A model generated the notes under the pieces. That model worked only from the letters and a program-made list of their open reading frames with translations, was not told the DNA's origin and did not search any database. A program made the position numbers and the translations under genes. From NCBI RefSeq assembly GCF_021162145.1, contig NZ_JAGGZH010000014.1, forward strand, positions 44,147 through 108,146: a stretch of 64,000 nt of DNA. Reading direction: 5' to 3'. Below are positions 59,701 to 64,000 of the stretch, one piece after another. This DNA is from Thermotoga sp. GTDB taxonomy: Bacteria; Thermotogota; Thermotogae; Thermotogales; Thermotogaceae. Within the stretch, counting starts at the first letter, position 1, and the number at the start of each line of letters is the position of its first letter.

Positions 59701-60879
59701 GGGGGCCTCATGATCATACCGAAAGACAGAGAGGTTTACGACTTCACCCCGATACAGTACCCTGCGAACGACAAAGAAGCGGGCGTGTTCACCACACATT
59801 TCGCCTATGAAACGATTCACGATGATCTTGTGAAGATCGATGCACTCGGTCACGATGATCCGACCTTCATCAAGATGCTTCGAGATCTCACTGGAATTGA
59901 TCCCATGACTGTTCCTATGGATGACCCGGATACACTCGCCATATTCAGTTCGGTGAAACCACTCGGTGTGGATCCAACGGAGCTGGGAAGTGATGTGGGG
60001 ACGTACGGCATCCCCGAGTTCGGTACAGAGTTCGTAAGAGGGATGCTCGTTGAAACAAGACCAAAAAGCTTTGCAGAACTCGTGAGAATCTCAGGGCTTT
60101 CTCACGGAACAGACGTGTGGTTGAACAATGCAAGAGACTGGATAAACCTGGGCTATGCCAGGCTCTCTGAGGTCATATCGTGTAGGGATGACATTATGAA
60201 CTTCCTTATCCACAGGGGAATGGAACCATCGCTGGCTTTCAGGATCATGGAGAGCGTGAGGAAAGGAAAAGGTATCACGGAGGAGATGGAGAAAGAAATG
60301 AGGAAATTGAGGGCACCGGAATGGTTCATAGAGTCGTGCAAGAAAATAAAGTATCTCTTCCCGAAAGCGCATGCGGTTGCTTACGTCAGCATGGCCTTCA
60401 GGATCGCTTACTTTAAGGTCCACTACCCGCTCCAGTTCTACGCGGCGTACTTCACGATAAAAGGTGACCAGTTCGATCCTACCCTCATACTGAAAGGGAA
60501 AGAGGCCATAAAGAGGCGCCTCAGAGAACTGAAGATGATGACCGGAAAGGATGCTCAGAAGAAAAACGAAGAGAGTGTGCTTGAAGTTGCTCTGGAAATG
60601 ATTTTGAGGGGCTTTTCGTTCCTTCCACCGGATATATTCAAGTCGGATGCGAAGCAGTTTCTGATAGAGGGAAGTGCGTTGAGAATACCATTCAACAAAC
60701 TCCCTGGATTGGGAAACAGCGTGGCTGAATCAATCGTCAGAGCACGTGAGGAAAAGCCGTTCACATCGATAGAAGATCTTGTACGTAGAACGAAAGTGAA
60801 CAAGAACCACGTTGAGTTGATGAAGAGTCTTGGCGTTCTAAGAGACCTTCCAGAAACTGAACAATTCACTCTCTTTTAA
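56767..60879 (+). CDS. polC: DNA polymerase III PolC-type
   Basis: A 1370-aa protein with PHP (VELHAHTKFSDLDA), an inserted DEDDh 3'-5' exonuclease (VVLDFETTGL, HNANFDYRFL and HRALDDA), a zinc module CPKC...CPRC, and the polymerase core and HhH. Confidence 0.95.
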   Translation: MGKIENLRWKNISLKSLEIDPDSGVVTISVENYSDEIEELARSLERETKFRVVVNGRHRGTTWDLKEKILSILNGNVPYIKDVAFEGNRLILKVLGDFARERIAAKLRSMKKGLDEILPTGTQIMLEVVEPSEDFLKKNPLQTESAKNEKEPEGEEVKVESKNHVFGQKPRKIVFTPSKVFEYNKKTSIKGKVFKMEKVDGRKTVLLLYLTDGEDSLICKAFSGIEEIEKNVAIGDVVVATGDLFQENGEPVLYVRGLTKLPEEKRMDNAPVKRVELHAHTKFSDLDAIMDVEEYINRAKEWGFPAVAITDHGNVQAIPYFYDAAKKVGIKPIFGIEAYLVSDVEPILRNFSGSATFEDVTFVVLDFETTGLDLQVDEIVEIGAVKIKEGRIVDEYHTLIKPSKALSGKSSEITGITQEMLEGERSIEEILPEFLEFLEDSILVAHNANFDYRFLRLWIKKVLKKDWEKPYVDTLALAKSLLRLKSYSLDSVVKKLGLGPFRHHRALDDARVTAQVFLRFVEMMKKIGITELSDMEKLKGSVDFTAQKPYHCTILVQNKTGLRNLYKLVSDSYTKYFHSVPRILKSELIEKREGLIVGSACVSGELARAALEGASDSELEEIAKFYDYIEIMPLDVIEEDEEDVDRERLKEVYRKLHRIARRLNKPVVMTGDVHFLDPEDAKGRSALLAPQNRNFGKQPALYLRTTDEMFEKAMEIFEDEEIAREVVIENPNKIAEMIEEIQPLEKQLHPPVIENADEIVRNLTMERAHKLYGNPLPDIVKKRIERELDAIINHGYAVLYLIAKELVQKSLSDGYVVGSRGSVGSSLVAHLLGITEVNPLPPHYRCPKCKYFEIVENDRYGAGYDLPSKNCPRCGTSLKKDGHDIPFETFMGFEGDKVPDIDLNFSGEYQERAHQFVEELFGKDHVYRAGTINTIAEKSAVGYVKSYEEKTGKKLRRAEMERLVSMITGVKRTTGQHPGGLMIIPKDREVYDFTPIQYPANDKEAGVFTTHFAYETIHDDLVKIDALGHDDPTFIKMLRDLTGIDPMTVPMDDPDTLAIFSSVKPLGVDPTELGSDVGTYGIPEFGTEFVRGMLVETRPKSFAELVRISGLSHGTDVWLNNARDWINLGYARLSEVISCRDDIMNFLIHRGMEPSLAFRIMESVRKGKGITEEMEKEMRKLRAPEWFIESCKKIKYLFPKAHAVAYVSMAFRIAYFKVHYPLQFYAAYFTIKGDQFDPTLILKGKEAIKRRLRELKMMTGKDAQKKNEESVLEVALEMILRGFSFLPPDIFKSDAKQFLIEGSALRIPFNKLPGLGNSVAESIVRAREEKPFTSIEDLVRRTKVNKNHVELMKSLGVLRDLPETEQFTLF

Positions 60880-61415
60880 TCGAAAAAGAGCGCCATGATG
60901 AGTGTGTCATCGTAAGAGCCGTCGTCTCTTTGGACGGCTTTTCTTTTCACACCTTCGATCTTGAACCCAAGTTTCTCGTAAAAACTTATCGCCCTTTCGT
61001 TGGATCTCAAAACTTCCAGCTGGATCCTTTTGAAACCATTCCTTTTTGCCCATTCGATCGCACTCGATATCATCGCTGTTCCTATACCAAGACCCCAGTA
61101 CCTTCTTTTAACACTTATTCCAAATTCTCCAACGTGCCTTGTTCTTTTTCTACCAAATCCCGTGAAGGTCAGAACAGAAACGATCTCTTTGTCGATCACT
61201 CCTACAAGCATGAGTTTTCTTGGATCGTCTCTGTACATCTTTATGTAGCTCCTTTCAGTAGAAACGTCGTACACTTCATCTGGCCTCGTTATGAGAAAGT
61301 CCGTTTCAGAAGTGACCTCTTTCATGTATTCAACGATCTTTCTTGCATCCCACACACTCGCCTCACGTATGGTGAGGACAGACCCATCTTTGAGCAAGAC
61401 TTTTTTGGGAAACAC
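60876..61415 (-). CDS. GNAT-family N-acetyltransferase
   Basis: The acetyl-CoA motif VKRRYWGLGIGTAM..AIEWAK..GFKRIQLEV and FYEKLGF. Confidence 0.85.
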   Translation of the reverse strand: MFPKKVLLKDGSVLTIREASVWDARKIVEYMKEVTSETDFLITRPDEVYDVSTERSYIKMYRDDPRKLMLVGVIDKEIVSVLTFTGFGRKRTRHVGEFGISVKRRYWGLGIGTAMISSAIEWAKRNGFKRIQLEVLRSNERAISFYEKLGFKIEGVKRKAVQRDDGSYDDTLIMALFFD

Positions 61416-62183
61416 TCATCTTCCCTCCAATTCCAGAGCTCTTCTGTACGATATCAGGAGAGATTCGATTATTCCCCCTCTCACACCAGACCTTTCCATC
61501 GCGACGATTCCTTCAATAGTTGTGCCCGCCGGTGAAGAGACTCTGTGCTTCCACACAGCCGGATGTTCTTCTGTTTCAAACAAAAGCTTTGCAGAGCCCT
61601 CAAAGAGTTTGCAGACGAGTTTTTTAGCCACTTCGAAAGAAAGCCCCATCTTTACAGCTGCATCAAGAAAGGATTCCATCATTATAAAGACAAAAGCTGG
61701 GCCACTTCCTGTGAGAGCGGTTATTGCAGGGAAGTGTTCCTCTTCTATTTCAACAACGAGACCCAGGTTTTCAAGGAGTGATTTCACGCTTTCCCTTTCC
61801 TCAGAATGAACTTTTTCGCTGAAGCTCACAGCAAGAATACCTTCTTCCACTCTCACACCGACGTTTGGCATAACGCGAGCAACCTTTTGAATGTCGTGCT
61901 CTTCGATTTTCGATATCTTCAGCCCTGCAACTATAGATATCAGAACACCGGTGTATCCTTTCAGGTGATCCAAGATATCAGAGGCATCCTGTGGCTTTAC
62001 AGCAAGTACAATATAATCAGAAAATTTTGCTGCTTCAACATCAGCCGTTTCGAACGGCTTTCTTTTGAAACGTTCGAGCTTCTCTGGAACTTTTTCAACA
62101 AGAAGTACTTTTTCCGCCTTCTCAGACAGTTTTTCTGCGAAGATGGAACCCATGTTTCCAACGCCGATGATGGATATTTTCAT
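61416..62183 (-). CDS. proC: pyrroline-5-carboxylate reductase
   Basis: MKISIIGVGNMGS, ALTGSGPAF and SSPAGTT. Confidence 0.9.
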   Translation of the reverse strand: MKISIIGVGNMGSIFAEKLSEKAEKVLLVEKVPEKLERFKRKPFETADVEAAKFSDYIVLAVKPQDASDILDHLKGYTGVLISIVAGLKISKIEEHDIQKVARVMPNVGVRVEEGILAVSFSEKVHSEERESVKSLLENLGLVVEIEEEHFPAITALTGSGPAFVFIMMESFLDAAVKMGLSFEVAKKLVCKLFEGSAKLLFETEEHPAVWKHRVSSPAGTTIEGIVAMERSGVRGGIIESLLISYRRALELEGR

Positions 62184-62247
62184 ATTTTCCCCTCCAGCCC
62201 TGATTTGTGAATATTATACAATTGTTCTCTTGTTACTTGCCCTGGCC

Positions 62248-62275
62248 TTGAAATTCTTCCACCTGCTGGTAAAAT
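62248..62275 (+). promoter_or_regulatory. promoter of tRNA-Thr
   Basis: TTGAAA (62248-53), a 16-nt spacer containing TG, then TAAAAT (62270-75), which gives TGgTAAAAT as an extended -10. The tRNA 5' end is 15 nt downstream. Confidence 0.5.
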
Positions 62276-62290
62276 AGAACGTAGAGGGAG

Positions 62291-62366
62291 GCCAGCGTAG
62301 CTCAATCGGCAGAGCGGCGCATTCGTAATGCGCAGGTTGTGGGTTCGAGTCCCACCGCTGGCTCCA
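62291..62366 (+). tRNA. tRNA-Thr (anticodon CGT), CCA encoded
   Basis: Manual cloverleaf. The acceptor is GCCAGCG/CGCTGGC and the D-arm is GCTC-AATCGGCA-GAGC. The anticodon arm is GCGCA-TTCGTAA-TGCGC and the variable loop is AGGTT. The T-arm is GTGGG-TTCGAGT-CCCAC, with discriminator T and CCA. Total length is 76 nt. Confidence 0.9.
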
Positions 62367-62427
62367 TTGTTTTTTGTTAGAAGTCAAAGGGGTGTGAAAC
62401 ATTTCCGAAGAATTCGAGGAAAGGTTC

Positions 62428-63696
62428 TTGTATTTCGTAAGGGAGAACCGATTGATCAAAGAGGGTGATCGAGTTCTTGTTGCTGTCTCCGGTGGAATAG
62501 ATTCCATGACCCTCCTTTACATCCTGAAGAAACTCTCCCCCCTTCTGAAGATCGAAACGATAGCCGCCCACCTGGATCACAGAATAAGAGACAGTTCGGA
62601 AAGGGACAGAAAATTCGTGGAGGACATCTGTCATCGGTGGAACGTTTCTGTGGAAACAGCCGTCGTAGACGTTCCTGCCCTGTGGAAAGGCTCTGGAAAA
62701 ACCCTGGAAGAAGTGGCAAGAGAGGTGAGGTACGATTTCCTTGAGAAAGCTGCAGAAAAGGTCGGAGCAACGAAAATCGCTCTTGCACACCATAAAAATG
62801 ACCTCTTAGAAACTGTGCTCCACAGGCTAATAAGAGGGACAGGTCCTTTAGGAATCGCTTGTATTCCAGTAAGGAGAGGAAGATTCATAAGGCCCTTTCT
62901 CGTGTTCAAAAGAATCGAGATAGAAGAGTACGCTCGAAAACAAAAGATCCCGTTCGTAGTGGATGAAACGAACTACGACATCAGATACACCAGAAACTTC
63001 ATAAGGCACAAAGTTGTTCCTCTTCTCAAAAAACTGAACCCAAATGTGGAAGATGCCGTCTACAGATTGGTTTCGATCAGTTTCATGTTGAGAGATTTTG
63101 TTGAGGAGACTGTCCAGGATTTTGTGAAAGAAAAAGTCCATTTTTACAAAGATTTTGCCGTCTTCGAAGAACCGGAGAACCCGTTTTTATTCCTCGAAGT
63201 CACAAGGTGGGTGCTAAAAACCCTCTACGGAAGGACACCAGACTACGAGAAGTTGATGGGATCGTTGAGATCAAAAAGAGTTGAGTTTTGGAAGGATGTG
63301 TTCGTGGAGAGATCGTTCGGATACGGGGCAGTGGGGAATACTCTCTTCAAAAAGGAATACAGGCTGGAAGTGAGAAATGGCACTTTCGACATTGAAGGGT
63401 TTAAAATAAAGGTGGACCTCCACAGAAGTAAACGTGTGCTTTGGTTTAGAAACAGAAGAAGAGGTGATAGAATAATAATCAATGGCTCTGAAGAAAAACT
63501 GAAGGACATTTTCATCGAAAAAAGAATTCCGACGTTTTATAGGGACAGAGTTCCACTGCTTGTTGATGAAAAAGATAGGGTTCTCTGGATACCTGGGATT
63601 GCTATTTCAGACCAATTTCCACCGGAAGTGAGTGTGGAGCTTTTAGAATTCCCGATCGGTTATGTGAAAGGAGGTACGAGTTTTGAACAGGTCTAG
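62428..63696 (+). CDS. tilS: tRNA(Ile)-lysidine synthase
   Basis: The PP-loop VLVAVSGGIDS, LAHHKNDLLETVL and a C-terminal TilS domain. Confidence 0.9.
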   Translation: MYFVRENRLIKEGDRVLVAVSGGIDSMTLLYILKKLSPLLKIETIAAHLDHRIRDSSERDRKFVEDICHRWNVSVETAVVDVPALWKGSGKTLEEVAREVRYDFLEKAAEKVGATKIALAHHKNDLLETVLHRLIRGTGPLGIACIPVRRGRFIRPFLVFKRIEIEEYARKQKIPFVVDETNYDIRYTRNFIRHKVVPLLKKLNPNVEDAVYRLVSISFMLRDFVEETVQDFVKEKVHFYKDFAVFEEPENPFLFLEVTRWVLKTLYGRTPDYEKLMGSLRSKRVEFWKDVFVERSFGYGAVGNTLFKKEYRLEVRNGTFDIEGFKIKVDLHRSKRVLWFRNRRRGDRIIINGSEEKLKDIFIEKRIPTFYRDRVPLLVDEKDRVLWIPGIAISDQFPPEVSVELLEFPIGYVKGGTSFEQV

Positions 63697-64000
63697 TATC
63701 TGGAATCTATTGTTCACGATTCTCATAATAGTCTCTCTATTCTGGCTTGCGAGGTTCTTCTACATTGAAAGCTCTCCCGTTTCCAAGCTGAGTTACACGA
63801 GTTTCATACAAATGGTGGAAGATGACAGAAGTTTGGTTTCTGAGGTGGTCATCAGAGACAACGGCGTGTTGAAAGTCTACACCAAAGACGGAAGAGTATA
63901 CGAAGTTGACGCTCCGTGGGTGGTGAACGATTCTCAGTTCATTGAAAAACTCGTCTCAAAAGGAATAAAAGTTTCGGGTGAAAGAAGCGGCAGCAGCTCT
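63683..64000 (+). CDS. ftsH: ATP-dependent zinc metalloprotease FtsH (3'-truncated by window edge)
   Basis: TTG 63683 lies 7 nt after AAAGGAGG. It has an N-terminal TM (IWNLLFTILIIVSLFWLA) followed by the periplasmic domain (SYTSFIQMVEDD....V). Its position after tilS is conserved in many bacteria. Confidence 0.85.
   Translation, partial: MNRSSIWNLLFTILIIVSLFWLARFFYIESSPVSKLSYTSFIQMVEDDRSLVSEVVIRDNGVLKVYTKDGRVYEVDAPWVVNDSQFIEKLVSKGIKVSGERSGSSS

Overview
This is a dense chromosomal segment with about 60 genes. The proteins and gene order look like a Thermotoga maritima/petrophila-group genome, running hslU-miaA-hfq-hflX-fmt to tilS-ftsH. That assignment comes from my recollection of protein sequences and synteny, not from a search. 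Most of the window is ordinary core metabolism and housekeeping. It holds a family-5 peptide/oligosaccharide ABC transporter, a SigH-like sigma factor, and a CDF transporter. It also holds orphan trpB2, split class-I fumarase, malic enzyme, and an ABC-2 exporter. The thr operon is thrB-thrC plus a fused hom/aspartokinase, and a long ilvBNCD-cimA-leuACDB operon is followed by carAB. The rest comprises ftsY, htrA, degT-lnt-queA-ruvC-polC, proC, tRNA-Thr(CGU), tilS and the 5' end of ftsH. I saw no rRNA and no CRISPR array. Five things are not ordinary. (1) A transposase-less IS200/IS605-type element carries only tnpB (51.2-52.6 kb), with an apparently intact RuvC triad and zinc ribbon. It is wedged between the htrA terminator and the degT ribosome-binding site, and a nested stem-loop at its 3' end looks like an omega-RNA/right-end scaffold. 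(2) A two-gene cassette (13.3-16.2 kb) encodes a short protein resembling a degenerate SbcD/Mre11 N-terminus, plus a YhaN/SbcC-like coiled-coil ATPase with a central membrane hairpin and a degenerate signature motif. A symmetric G-quadruplex motif precedes it. (3) Two gene-graveyard intergenic regions hold recognisable fragments: PHP and ferritin-like at 42.6-42.8 kb, and flavin-reductase-like and sfsA at 45.4-45.8 kb. (4) An EnvC-like coiled-coil/LysM/degenerate-LytM lipoprotein is fused to a 3D domain. (5) The ABC transporter's ATPase and one permease carry large insertions. All calls rest on reading translated motifs and local sequence by eye. No database search, HMM or folding program was run, and start codons are often uncertain by a few codons.
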